Positions 26,196-39,205 of a stretch of DNA of 64,000 nucleotides are shown in pieces. The DNA comes from Parasitella parasitica NRRL 2501 (Eukaryota; Fungi; Mucoromycota). A program made the position numbers and the translations under genes. The DNA lies in contig MU619365.1 of the NCBI GenBank assembly GCA_025201805.1, positions 28,301 to 92,300 of the forward strand, given 5' to 3'. The first letter of the stretch is position 1. Each line of letters opens with the position of its first letter. Below the pieces are notes generated by a model that had not been told where the DNA came from, ran no database searches, and worked only from the letters and a program-made list of their open reading frames with translations.

Positions 26196-28096
26196 ATACT
26201 ACTTGGATTACAGCAGCCATTTGAATTGGCACATTGCTAATCACATTGGGCATCAAAAACAAAACAACAAGGAGTAGGGAGCATCGAATTACGTGTGTGT
26301 GTGTGCACAGTTTTATGTCGCAAAAACACTTTTATTCACATGATAAACATGTACAAAATATGTACCTCGAGATTTTTTCTAGTTCTAAACAGAGACAGAG
26401 AGACAGAAATGAGGAACAGGGGGAGGGGTGATGATGTTTGGTTTTTTCAGGAACAACTACATGTTTTTCGGTTTGACTACAAGCTCGCTGGCTAGCAAAA
26501 AAAAATAAAAAAAATAAAAAATAAAAAAAAGAACATTCTCATACTTCAAACAAATCAAAGAATGATTATTCTCCTATTTCGGTCGGATCATGGAAAAGAT
26601 GGCTGAACGTTTCATGCAAGGTTTTCTGCTTCGCCAATCAATTCATTGTTGAATGTATTTTTTTAAACTTTTTATGACGGTATAGGCCATCCGATACAAC
26701 TTTTTTTTTTTTTTTTTTTTAATTTATATAGTCTCATACATGCTATTATTTAATCAAGTATTCAGAAGACTCTCGTTTATAACGCTCCATGCAGAAAAAC
26801 TTGGGCTAATGACCATCCCCAACATTCAGCTCTCCACAATTCGGAATTTCAAGATCGGAACGGTCCAGTTGGTTGCCATAGATACGGTTTGATCATCTTT
26901 TGGGATTCTTCCTTCATATTTCTTTCAAAAATTGCTTGATCACAAATATGTCTTGGTATGAGCTGTATATATATTTATTGCTTCCAATTACTAACCGAGC
27001 TTTGATTTGATACATTGCATTTTGATTGAGATATTTGGTAAAACTTACAACGCATTTATTTCTAAAGTTTGTGCATTAAAAAAAAAAAAAATGCAGGACA
27101 CGCAAGCAGTAGGTTTTTGCTGCATTTTGAATCAGGATATGCTACAGTTAAAATTGCCGTTTTGATGGTCAAAAAATTGTTCAACTGATTTTGGCAGAAG
27201 TTTGCCATATTCATTTACATGTCTGTTGACTACAGATGATCATTCGGCACTGATTAGAACCCGACCACTTTCCGGAAATGTAGCGATAATAGCTTATCAA
27301 GACAAGTGGTTTGATGGTCATATTGCATCTTACAAGCACGACGTACAGGACAATCTTGCTCATCTTTACTGTAAGCCTACTTTCCACTTGGTCCTGCCAA
27401 AATCCGTCAGCGCCTTGTGTTTCATATTAATTCCATCTGAAGATTTTGGCTGAACTCCAGGCTATTTGGCAAAAGCTTGGCCGTATCTTGAACATTCCAC
27501 TTGGTATCGCTATTTTTGTACATAGTTGAACATAAGCTCAGTCCCCTCCCCCCCCCCTTTTTTTTCGATACTTTGGACCTGCGCCGTAAATTATAAAAGA
27601 TTAATTTCGTGCATAATCTGTATGAATTTTCCTGGGGTTTGAACGCTTGCCATATATTGCAGCATTGTGCATTAGCATTCATTCATATGGTACATAGGGT
27701 TTATATTTTCTTCAAATAGTAACACGACAAATGACCTCTCCTTTACTTTCAGCACTACCCCCAAAAATTGGATATAAGGCTTTGCGCATGTCAAATGATA
27801 CAAACAAGAGGCATTTATATTTCTGCGGATTAAAAAAAAAAACAAGGGGAGGTGGAGGTATATGGCAAATCAACTATGTTGTTGCCTGTTATCTGTCCAA
27901 TGTGACATTTTACGAAAACTAGTGGTATAATCTACTCATCAGGTGCAACAACACAAAATGTGGAAAGGGCCGATATAACATGTTTATTAGCTTACGCCAT
28001 CCGCAGATGATTGGTAAACACATAGAGCCCCAGGTTCTCTCATTTCCAGTTCAAACATATTAGGAAAAGAGCCGACCTATCGCAAACTCAGAAAGT

Positions 28097-29054
28097 TTAT
28101 AAATTCAAAGGTGGTTTTTGTTGACCAGGCTTGTGATCAGCAGCGCCATTGACCAGTGTGATGCTAGCAGCGTCTTTTTTCTTTTCAGTCTATCATGTTT
28201 TTTGATCTTCTAATCAGATGATTTCCTACCCTTCTATGAAAACTTATTTACTTACAGCAATCCTCTTTGCTTCCTCATGGACCGACGACACTTTACCCGC
28301 TACTCGAGATGCGAGTCCTTGTACTCTTAGACCAGCCCTAGAATTCTTTAGGCTTTGCATTCTACTAGATGCTGGAGCAGATGACAATGACGTATCGACA
28401 GTGTCTTCAGGAGGAGAAACAGCTGTATCAGCAGCTACATTTTTTTCAGAACTAGCACCGCGAATTTTTTGATTTAATTGCGTATAGCTAACGCCCATCT
28501 TGGTCAAATAGCCGTTAACACGAGAGGACACACCATGCTTTTCGTCAAACTCGACGCCTTTCATGACCACGGATTCTGTTAGCACATAACCTGATGCCAA
28601 CAGCTCTGCCATCACATGAGAAGCTGATTTACTCTCCTGGGATTGTTTTCGCTGCTGCTGCTGCTGCTGCTGCTGCTCAGCATTCGCTGAACCAGTGGCC
28701 ATGACTCCTCCGGCAACTGGCGTCTGCTTGAAATACGGCTTTACGTCAATTGGGCTATCGTCCACCACGGCTAGAACGAAGCTGTGAACAGATGTTCGAG
28801 AATCACCCCGCAAAGATATTACCTTGACTGAGCAGTGTTGCGGTCTTTGCAGCTGCCTCTTTCTCAAACAGAATTAGAGCGATTTGGTGCTTTTCATCCT
28901 CGACATCCTTTTTCATCTCAAAGGCGGAAATGATGCCACAGAAGGAAAAGAAATCCTTGATCGTGGCTTCTTGCGTCTCTAAAGAGATGTTTCTGGCAAA
29001 AACAAGCCTAGCCGTGGGTTCAGCAGGAATGCTAATCGTCCACTGATTCTCCAT
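28097..29054 (-). CDS. Vip1-like RRM protein (3 exons)
   Basis: VFARNIS...IKDFFSFCGII...ALILFEKEAAAKTATLLS; MAELLASGYVL...KGVEFDEKHGVS; VHEEAKRIA. Confidence 0.75.
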
Positions 29055-29334
29055 TACGATAAATGCCTAAAGAAGAAAGAGAGAGAGCTTTTGGGAAATG
29101 AACAAGAAAAAAAAAAAAACTCAAAACTGCAGGCTTCTGTATGAAGCTCCGATTTGACAACACAACAACAAAGATGCACTTTGGTTGAAAAACTGATTTA
29201 TATTGTTTTGATACAAAGGATTTTATCTATTCCACTTCTTTTTCTGATTGTTTGTAAACGATGCCTATACAGATAAGCTAGTCTAGACAAGCATCGTAAA
29301 AATTAAGACGACATTTTCATTTGAATGAAACGAC

Positions 29335-30556
29335 TTAAAGAGCGGAAGCACCAGTAATAATATCAACTAGAAAAGAAAAGAAAAGAAAAAAGCCGTGTCA
29401 GTCGCCTTCCATGAGCATGTGCCTATTAAAACAAAACAAAAAAAACTTACTCAATTCGTTGGTAATAACGGCTTGACGACCACGATTAAAGGTCATGGTC
29501 AACTTTTGGATCATTTCGCCGGCGTTCTTGGTAGCGTTCTCCATAGCAGCACGCTTAGCACACATCTCAGCAGCATGGCCTTCGGCCATGGCCCAGTAGA
29601 GGCTATTAGCAAAGGTGAATTCCTGGAGGTTAGTAAGAACATCATCCTCGATTTCGTAAACAGCAAAGTTGGGGGAAGCCTTGAAGGCCTCTTCAGAGTA
29701 AATGGGAATGTTCATGGCTTCATAAGAAACAACAGAGATGAACTTGTTGTAAACAATGTTGGCAGAGTCGAATTCGAGATCGGAAGTCTTGATGATGTCG
29801 ACAATGGAAGCAGCTTCTTGAAAAGTAGGAACGTCCTTGCCAATTTGATTGAATGTGATGGCGAGTTGTTTACGGAAAGTACGGCTCAATTGAGCCTTGG
29901 GCTTATCACCAAGCACAACAAGATCAGAAGTAGGGTGTTCAGAGATGACTTTACGGGTTGCCTTGGAGACGCTAGAGTGAATACCACCACAGAGACCACG
30001 GTCAGATGAAGAAGCAACGAAAAGGACCTTGCCACCCTCAGTAGCCTTGGTCTCGGCGTTAGCAAAGAGAGCTACAGTCAAGTAAAATATTTAGCAAAGA
30101 ATGTCCAACTATTTTCATCTTATCACGGCCCCACACTAATTCCCCCTTTCCTCGCTAATCTAACCCATTCACGTTATAATACTTTACAGTTTGAAGCTTC
30201 GCCGAAAACACGAGCAGATTCCATGCCACGTTGAGCCTTGCTGACCTTGGTGGAGGCAATCATCTTCATAGATTTGGTAATCTTTTCAATGTTTTGAACA
30301 GACTTCAAACGTTGCTGAACTATAAAGAAATCGTTTAATACCGCTGATATTCTCGGGCTGTCGTTGAGCTTATTATCGAATATTTACTTTCTTTCAAGGT
30401 GGCCATGTTACGAGCTTGAACAGCCTTGCTAAATAATTGACAAGGGAAAGAAGTGAGCTCAAGACGTTGTATGAACCACGACAAAGCCGTATGTTTATAT
30501 GCGTACCTGACAGGAGCAGCAGCGGGGCGTGCAATGCGAGAGACAGTGAACAACAT
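29335..30556 (-). CDS. ATP3: Mitochondrial F1 ATP synthase gamma subunit
   Basis: ARNMATLKE, KSVQNIEKITKSMKMIASTK, SSDRGLCGGIHS, AMENATKNAGEMI, RQAVITNEL|VDIITGASAL*. Confidence 0.97.
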
Positions 30557-30837
30557 TGCTTGGAGTTGTATAATGTACAAAAAAGTTGAGAAATACAAAA
30601 TCTTTAGGGAGATGGTGCCTTTTTTAGGTTGGCAAAGGACTGTGGGGCCATCCCCGGACTTTTCAAACGTTCAAGTCTCTACGTCACAATGTGGATAGAG
30701 GGGGGGGGGGCTCTCTCTCCAAGTACAACATCATGGCCAATCATCATGGCAGAGGATATACCAAGTGCGGAAGATAGCACTGCCGCATCATGCATGTATG
30801 TATGTATGAACTGTACATCCAATATTATTGATTTTAT

Positions 30838-32504
30838 TTACAAGAATTCGTCGTCGTCAATGACTATTTCGGATTCGATTTCTTCTGTCCTGATACGTTT
30901 TGTCGGCTGTAGATTACTGTCGACAAATGTTGCGTCCAACAGGATACCACCATTGCTGCCTGTGCTTGGTATAAAGTCATTGGCAGCAGAGTTGACAGGA
31001 AGCTGTGGATGTTGCTCCACTCTCTGGCGACAGTTTGTATTGATCTTATTGTCAATGTCAATCTCTCTACAAAATTGTACTGTCTGAGGATTCAAAAATG
31101 GACGTTCTACGAGTCAATGGTCAGTCTAAGCCAGACATATTTTCACTATCCCCGCTTACGATAATCTATGATCTGCTGGCGATCATGCTGCATATTCGGG
31201 TCGAAAGAGGGCGCCGTAAGTTCAAAATTATGAGGTATCTTCAGATCAAGGGCTCTTGACTCTAGCTTTTGTTCCAAATACGAACGCTCTCTGTCGATCC
31301 TGATCTTTAACTCATCGTCAGACGGTAATGTAGCTTGCTGGTGAGCAGTGCTCAAATAAGGATGCATTGCTCTTGTAATCGAGAGCCATTCCACATCGTA
31401 ATAAAAGTCGTAGTCACCTGTTGCATCGTTGGGCGAGGGGATGTCTATGATTTGCAAGAACTGTCGTCTAGGCAAGCATTTGTCTAGGCTCAAGAATTTT
31501 GTGGTTTTTGGAGGCTGTTGATCAACGTTTGCTTTTGCTGATGGAGATAATGCTGCATCCTGCTCTGCTCCATCATTGTCGCTGAGAGACACCTCGATTT
31601 CGTCGGGATTGGCGTGCTGCTGTCTTGATCCATTGAGGATTTCCTGCGTTTTTGCTGGATATATACCGTTTTTCCACATGTCGTGATCCACAATAGCAGC
31701 ATAGTGTACATGCAAATGCGCTGAAAACCAGTAAGAGGGCTGCAGCTTTGATAGCAGCAGTTCGTTAGGATGGCTTCCAAGCGTGTTGGTCATGATTTCC
31801 TGAACAAAATACTGTTTAATTTTCATCAATCGTCCCAAGTCGCCATATCTCTCTATGCCTCGAGGCCAATCATGCGACAAGAAAATATCCAGTGCCTGTT
31901 GAACTTGAAGAAGCTTTTTGACGTCGTATTCTCTGACATGGTATGCGCTACGTACGTCGGAACGATTGTAAGGGGACGTTTCATAGTGGCCCTTTCTGTA
32001 ATGGTTCTCCTTTGCAATACCAGATATGCCGCCAATCCTCAAGCCACCAAAATTGATCACACCAGCATGGCCGAGATAGTAAATATTATCACAGACCCAG
32101 CCTCCATGATACAGCTCCCATAGATAGTTGCTGGCTTCATGATTTCCACCAATGAATATAGTGGGGTACGGTGCCCGCACTTTGCCCGAGTAGTACTTGT
32201 AAAACGTCCCTAGTTCCTTGTACTTGTCAGGCACAGCCATGCATTCTGTATCTGCCTCGTTCCGAAGCGACTAATGGCATGCACGTTAGTACCCAAAGAC
32301 TAATGCGCTTGATTACTGGCCTACTTGGAAATCGCCACATATCAACACGAGATCAATTTTACAGTTTTCTCGTTGCTCAACCAGACGAATTGAACCGTAG
32401 ATTTCGTCAAGCTGGCCATGGCAGCACCCCTCTATAGCAATCTGGGTTGGTTGGTTTAACCTTTGTCTATAGATCCTGCCGTGCTATTTCATATTTACCT
32501 TCAT
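30838..32504 (-). CDS. DBR1: Lariat debranching enzyme (first coding exon is 6 nt, ATG AAG)
   Basis: MK|[52 protein letters not shown]. Confidence 0.95.
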
Positions 32505-32690
32505 GTCAAAAATTTGGGTTTACTTTGAAGAAGAAGAAGAAAGAAGAAGAAGAGGGGGAAAAAAAAAAAAAATAAGAAAAGGGTGGCAACAAAACAAACG
32601 CAAAATATTGCCATTGGTTGCCGGAACTCATGTGTATTTGCAACGATTGCCTGTTTATAGCCGACTTTCTTTTGCTGCATTATCAGTTCA

Positions 32691-33919
32691 ATGGTACACC
32701 AGACATCTAAATAGTTGGATTTGTAGCTGATACGCACGGTATTTAGGGACAGGAACAATCCAACGCATTGGGAGAAAAAGAGGCGCCCTCTCTGACACCA
32801 AGCACCTCCACGTCTACAAACAAACGTTCTTTGTTCAGCATAGCTCGTCAGCATGAAAACAGAGAAAGCGGGATGGAAGGTATATAATGCAGCGATAACA
32901 ATCGGTCTGACTAATGCGATGACAATAGATGGGTTAACCGTAGAAGGGCTAGACCGAAAATCAGATTCAGAGCAGGTATGGAGATTGTTGCCCTCGACAG
33001 CAAGACAGAGACTCATTCCACTACATATCCCGAATAAAGGGCGTCATCGAGGTTGTTCAAGGGCCCCAGGACGCTGAGGAAGAAGAAGAGCTGAGGCTTT
33101 TGAGAGAAATCAAGGGATTTGAGCCGTTTATTAAAGAGCAAGACAAAGGATTCAGCATAGAACATCTTCTTGGTCTCAAATCAAAAGAGTCAAAGTCAAA
33201 GGGGCCAAGCAAGGATACCCAAGGTAGGACAAGTACGTTTCTATCGTTGGATACAATGACACTAACACATTATGCAAGCTTCACCGGATCCGTTTCTTGA
33301 TATATTCTTTGGGTTGCAGACTCATATACGAGAGCAAATGTCGCACATCCATTTAGAACAGAGGATTCTGCTGAAGCGCATTGCATACGTGGATGAATTG
33401 AGCACGACAGCCTCCCAGACAATGGCTGCGGCATTCAGCCAGGCCAAGTTGGCAGCGGATAGAGTGTCTCAAGTCATTGTCATCAAGGGACAAGCAGAAA
33501 AGGCACACGGCCACGCTGTAGACATTTTCAAGGCATTAACAAAGCTAGAACAGTACTTGGATCCACAAGATAGGATATTGGCGACCGAGGATGTCGGTTC
33601 AAAATGGCCGGTTCTGCATCAATTGCGCGTAAACTCATTTAAATCGGCAGATACGCCCCTACTAGAGCGCTACATCAGTAGTTCCAGTGACATGACAACC
33701 GTTGGTACATCCGCATCTCCGCTTATTGATAGGTTGGTTGTGACAGGCGAGCCTGCCAATGCGGATGAGCAGAGAGACAACAACGACCGAGCAAAGACGA
33801 CCTCTGCATCTACCTCCTCTTTAGCTTTGGACAGATTGCGAGGATTGTCGTCGAAATCCATGACAAACCCTTCATCCTCCAGCAGTCAAGATATCCTTAA
33901 CACTGCCACCCCTTTGTAA
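32691..33919 (+). CDS. BORCS5: BLOC-1-related complex subunit 5 (myrlysin/LOH12CR1)-like; first coding exon is ATG only
   Basis: M|GQEQS myristoylation-type start; GVIEVV...LRLLREIKGFEPFIK; coiled coil QTHIREQ...EQRILLKRIAYVDE...LEQYLDPQDRI. Confidence 0.7.
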
Positions 33920-34011
33920 AGAAAAGAAAAAAAAATCCTCTCATAAATCCCCCCATAAAGCCTCCTCTTTTCCCCCCAATGCAGGGCCAAATCTTTTATT
34001 TCTAATAAAAT

Positions 34012-34515
34012 CTACATGGCAGCAAGGTCATCGAGTGATTTGCCCTCGACACGATGAATGATCCATTGAGACTGAGGGGCCGCACCCAGGGCCTCGTAAA
34101 ACTCTCTGGAAGGCTTATTCCAATCCAGACAAACCCATTCATAACGGGCACAGCTTCGTTCCTTTGCAATCACAGCCAGCTGAGTTAGCAGCTTCTTACC
34201 AATGCCGCAGCCTCTGAAGTCGGGATTGACAAACAAATCCTCTAAATAGAGCCCAGGACGTCCCAAGAAGGTGGAAAAGTTGTGAAAGAATAATGCCATG
34301 CCTGCTGGCTCTTCAGCTGAGTCTTGCGTCTTTTTGCCGTATGCGATGATGACTTCGGCATAGCGACGCTCACCAAATAGATTTTCACGAAGGATATCCT
34401 CGGTTGCGACAACTTCGTGCAAAAGCTTTTCGTATTCGGCTAATTTCCTGATGAAGCCTAAAACAGTAGGCACATCTTCTACGGTGGCAGGCCTGATATC
34501 AACAAAGGAACTCAT
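34012..34515 (-). CDS. GNAT N-acetyltransferase (diamine/spermidine acetyltransferase-like), intronless
   Basis: IRPATVEDVP, LAEYEKL, FFHNFSTFLGRPGLYLEDLFV, FRGCGIGK acetyl-CoA loop, LDWN. Confidence 0.92.
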   Translation of the reverse strand: MSSFVDIRPATVEDVPTVLGFIRKLAEYEKLLHEVVATEDILRENLFGERRYAEVIIAYGKKTQDSAEEPAGMALFFHNFSTFLGRPGLYLEDLFVNPDFRGCGIGKKLLTQLAVIAKERSCARYEWVCLDWNKPSREFYEALGAAPQSQWIIHRVEGKSLDDLAAM

Positions 34516-35588
34516 CTTTAGGGTGTTCTGCTATGGTGGATTGAAAGAAAAGAGAAGCAATCAGCAAAATCCAGTTTCACGTTTTCGCACTACTGGGCAA
34601 TCTCCGCGACAAAAAATGACTCATTGCAATTGGATTCTGGAGGATTCCTCAAGTGACATTTGGAAGATCGAGATCATCAGCCTGCCCCCTTTGACCTATT
34701 TGAGAGCAGTGGTTTGGACGACTACTGCAGCACTGCTTCTTTGATTTGCATCTCTAGTAGTGCCGAGACAACGTAGCAGCCACGTTTTATCCCCGCATAT
34801 GTCAAATCCATGTTTTAAAACAAAAAACAAAAAACAGGCCTCGCCCAAGCAACTTGGGTTTGGTTCATGGATCCCGAGTAATTGTTTTCGAGCTTCTTGC
34901 ATTGTTCGATGCAACTCAACTACATATTAACCTCAAAGAACAATTTTCTGTGTCCAACGCAGCAAGCTGCAGCGGAATATTAAAAGGCCGCCATGCTTAT
35001 CGATTCTCTCTGGTTGATTCTTCGAAAATGGTTCAAAAAGTTGGCATCAAATCAGTTTTTTGCAGATTTCTCATCAAGTACTTAATAAAACATTGATTGT
35101 GTGGTAATAGGTTTTTGACAAGAATTGTACGCCGAATTTGATGGTGGTCTTTGATATGAACTTTTCTACCAAGGTTATTACGCAATCTTAAGAATTGTAA
35201 ATATCGGTTTTTTGACAAAAACTCTAAACATTAGGTAGATGATGTCTAAACTAAGTCATGGATATGATAGTTGGAGTATGTTAGGTCATTTTGAGCTTAG
35301 AAACACCATAGTGAAAAGTCTCGTTTTAAGGGTCAAAAATTGACAAATAGTAATTTGTCCGATTTTCCCTTGTGGGTACAGGGGGGTTTGGGGGGGGGTC
35401 AAATTTCATGGATTTTTTCATCCCTCCAGTAATGAGAAAAAATAACATGGAATGTTAATATTGAATAGAAGAAATGTTTCAAGCTGATTTTGCGCTTTCA
35501 AAAACGATTACAAGTTATCGAAAATATTATTTAAACTTGATAATTTTGTCAATTTTTGCAGCGAAAAAAAACAAAAGAGTTTGGGGTT

Positions 35589-36850
35589 TTACGCCGCCCC
35601 ATAACGGCGCATCCTTGCTCTCTTTTTAATGTTCTTTTCTGTAATAGCATCATCCAGAGCTAACGATATCCCAAACTGCCCTTGAGCTCCATAACCATTT
35701 ACAAAATCGCTTGCTGAGACAGCACCCTTATTCTGCATTTTCAGCCGAGTACAGGCAACCACGCTGCCATCCCCAAACAACAAATGTAGACTGTGACTTT
35801 GTTCGTCCCAGGCGAAACTTCCTGGAGCACATCCGTGCAACGCCACAGCTGGTTGAGTGGGCAACTCGAGGTGCAGCAATTGCACTACGGACAATTTCGA
35901 CGTTGGGCCAAACACTGTGCGCAGTGGATACTGTTCTCCGATAGCTCGGTGCATTTGCTCTGCTTGCCAAGCGCTCATGGTAGCAAAGTCCATTTCTGAC
36001 CATTCTTTTTTTATCTTGGGAGCTTTGGTTGCCTTGGCGATATCCTGTGCTGTTGCGTCTTGTTTGCGTTGGCGTAAATGACGGATGGTATCTACAAGCA
36101 GATTGCTGCCGATAGACGAAAGCCTTTCCTTTAATGGCGAGTAGAGGGGCAGTTCCTGGCGTAAACTAACATGCTCCTGGGCCAGTATGCGCCCAGCATC
36201 AAACTCGCGGTCGTCTAATTCCTGAATGGTGACACCTGTTTCGGCATCACCATACATGATTGCATGCTGGATAGGCGCTGCTCCTCGATATTTCGGCAAA
36301 AGAGAGGGATGGACATTGACAGCTCCGTTTTTCAACGTGGATATAATGTGCGGCGGGATGAAATATCCAAAGGAAACAACAACTCCCAGATCATATACAG
36401 TATCGCTAGGCACATGCCAGTCCTGCAAAGACTTTACTTGTGGAGGCGTGTGGTATACTTTTAAATTGCTCGATTCTGCTATTCCTTTTGTTTCGCTGGC
36501 CGTAAGTTTCTCCAGCTTCCTACCTGTTCTTCTGTCGGGCGGACACACGACATCGATGCTCTCGATACAGGAGTCTTGCCGTTCTTGGATTTAATGCGTT
36601 AAACGAGAGACATTTTGATGGCATTGAGATCCTTACCTTTTTCTTTGATGAGCGCCTGTAAATGAGTTTTGGCAAAACCGTCTGTGCCAAAGAACAGGAT
36701 TCGCAGCTTGTCATTGACGGCTACAGTCGAGTAGCATCGAGCGATACCGATGCGCTACAAAAGAGGTATCAGCTACTGGTTTTCATGGTTAAAGTTAGAA
36801 AGTTTATTTACATTTGATTTCCACAAATTTCGATTGAAATGGCAAAGCAT
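35589..36850 (-). CDS. FMT1: Mitochondrial methionyl-tRNA formyltransferase (exon 1 36850-36812, exon 2 from 36754, exon 3 to 35589)
   Basis: LRILFFGTDGFA, VVSFGYFIP, NVHPSLLPKYRGAAPIQH, FDAGRIL, KAPKI. Confidence 0.93.
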
Positions 36851-36881
36851 ATGCTGTTGTTTGATACCCGTATGTACCGTA

Positions 36882-38435
36882 TCAAAGAAACTCTATACGA
36901 GGGGGGGGGGCTTTACCAGCATCAACGCTCTCGTGACTCTTTTTGGCTCTCTTCACAGATTTGGGTGTAATCTTTGCTCTGAACACCATCACGGATCTCT
37001 GGCTCCCGTGCACTACAGCGTTCTCTTGAATATAGCCCAGTGTGATGAGGTCCGATTCTATGGTTGCCGCAATTTCTCGCATTTGGTAAATGTCTTCCCT
37101 GAAGGCCTCAGTTCCTTCCAAGATGCACAGATTCATTTCAAACTGCTGCTTGACGAAAGCCTCCAGCGAATGGAATTTCTGCACTCTGATATGAAACAGC
37201 ATTTGCTTTACCGTCTGATGGACGGCGAAAAACATGTGGTGGTAGGTGCTTTGATCACACTTCATTAATTTCAGACTCTGCAGCCCCTGGAGTACCTCTA
37301 TCGTTGTATTCAAGCCATCCACAAGCAAGTCAAAATCAACATGATACGCATCATGTTGCAACAAGGAAAACAGAATAACAAGGCGCATCGAAAAATAGCA
37401 TATCCTCAGATGCAGGTTAGGCACATTAACAGTGTGCCACCAAGTTTCAGCTTCGAATGCCAACTTGTCATACAGTAATGGCAGGGTTCCCGCCTGGATT
37501 GCTCGGTTGAAACGGCGCATGTATTGGGTCATGATGGCAAACTCGTATAGCGTGTCATTAGACATGATACAGCACTTATGGATTGCGCTGTTTGAGGTTG
37601 CTGCAAAACGGTATTCGCCTGCTGTCGTTGTTGTCGTTGTGGGTTTAGTGGCTGGAGTTTTTTTGACAGCAAATGGCAGTTTGTCAGGTAACAGACATTC
37701 TTGATTTAATGCAATAGCTATCCAAGCATCGATGTAATACCAGCGGTACCAACATTGCCTCAGTGCCGCTGAGTCATTAATGTAAGCAATTTTACTCTTC
37801 ATCAAAGCACAAGCCAGATAGTGCCATGTTCGCTGCTCTCGTGGAAGTCTCAGTAGAGTTGCTGTGTAACTAAGGCAAAAGTAGCATTGGATTGCAGTAA
37901 TAGATAGTGTGCCTTCGTCTTCTGGAAATATGATGTCTTCCAAGTAATGGCAAGCTCTCTTATAGAAGGAGAATGCTATGTCTTTCTTGAATCCATCCAT
38001 AGCCTTGTCAGTCCGTTTTCTATCTTTGTCTTTTTTGCCACTATATGTCGTTGTCTCGAGAGGCTGTTGCTGTGTGCTTATTGTTATGATGCTAATAGCA
38101 GCAACACAGTATAATATCGGTTTTGGTGTATTGTATTTGATGAGCTCTAATTCAATGGGGACGATTTTGAAGCTTATACAACACCAGTGTTGAATAGCTC
38201 GATACATGAGACCTTGTACAAGTTGCGAACTACCAGAGTGGTATCGTACGGTTTTCGGTAAGGAATTTTGTGATTTGTAAACCAATAATGCTTTCACAGT
38301 TGCTTTTGTACATTTGATGTCGAACGATCTATTTGGGACATGAATTTCAAGTAGATCGCACAGATCAGTAAAGCTTCTGACAACGTACGAAACGTCGTTG
38401 CAAGCAAATGGTTCGTAATGATTAGTGGCTATCAT
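36882..38435 (-). CDS. Fungal transcription-factor middle-homology (Fungal_trans)-like protein, single long ORF, no Zn2Cys6 cluster seen
   Basis: SITAIQCYFCLSY...RTWHYLAC...RQCWYRWYYIDAW pattern typical of MHR domains; 517-aa open frame. Confidence 0.6.
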   Translation of the reverse strand: MIATNHYEPFACNDVSYVVRSFTDLCDLLEIHVPNRSFDIKCTKATVKALLVYKSQNSLPKTVRYHSGSSQLVQGLMYRAIQHWCCISFKIVPIELELIKYNTPKPILYCVAAISIITISTQQQPLETTTYSGKKDKDRKRTDKAMDGFKKDIAFSFYKRACHYLEDIIFPEDEGTLSITAIQCYFCLSYTATLLRLPREQRTWHYLACALMKSKIAYINDSAALRQCWYRWYYIDAWIAIALNQECLLPDKLPFAVKKTPATKPTTTTTTAGEYRFAATSNSAIHKCCIMSNDTLYEFAIMTQYMRRFNRAIQAGTLPLLYDKLAFEAETWWHTVNVPNLHLRICYFSMRLVILFSLLQHDAYHVDFDLLVDGLNTTIEVLQGLQSLKLMKCDQSTYHHMFFAVHQTVKQMLFHIRVQKFHSLEAFVKQQFEMNLCILEGTEAFREDIYQMREIAATIESDLITLGYIQENAVVHGSQRSVMVFRAKITPKSVKRAKKSHESVDAGKAPPPRIEFL

Positions 38436-39205
38436 GTCAAGCAGTTGTAATGACTGGTATAATCAAAGAAGAAGGAGCGATTTATCTCTTCGAGGTGAAG
38501 AAAATATCAAGTCTGAGGCACCCTGCTAAAACTAATAATATATGAACTCATGTGATTACATATATATATATATCGTAAAGGTTACAATATTTTACACTCA
38601 CACACGCATGCTGTACTACTACAATCAACATCTNNNNNNNNNNNNNNNNNNNNAAAAAAAAAAAAAAAAATGCTATTTGGTATATGCCAATCCACTTTTG
38701 TTACAAAAAAAAAGAGGGGACAAAAGGAAGTTTCCTTATGCTTTTTAATAACTCAAAAGTAGCAAAATGTCATGTAACATGTCAGGTTTACATGAGTTAA
38801 TGTTCTTTTGTCCTTCAAAGGATGGACTCGACATATTTGTTTATTGACCCCCTGGCAGTAGAACAACTATCCAACGCAGTTCTTTCTTCTCCTGAAAAAG
38901 CATCTTCCATTTGCTTTTCTCATGCCTATCGATCATAATTCTGCATTAGAGATAACTGTATACTTTATTACTGCCTCATCTTATGTGTAGCGAGATACAT
39001 CAAACCATACAGTATGTAGAGTTTTAAATAAGAGAACAAAACGTCAATCACCAGCCACGAATCGAATACTATTTAGGATGTCGACATCGATAGCACTGTG
39101 ATGAAAACTTGACGAAATTAATGTTTAATCTTACAGATTTGCAGTTGTTCTGTAACAAAATAAGAAATCCCTTTTTTTTTATTATAGAACTGATTTTAAA
39201 CATAT

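Noticed and set aside
39098-39195. C-box-like GTGATGA with a downstream CTGA
   Set aside because: No terminal stem or recognisable rRNA guide, and it is antisense to the RPL37 3' region
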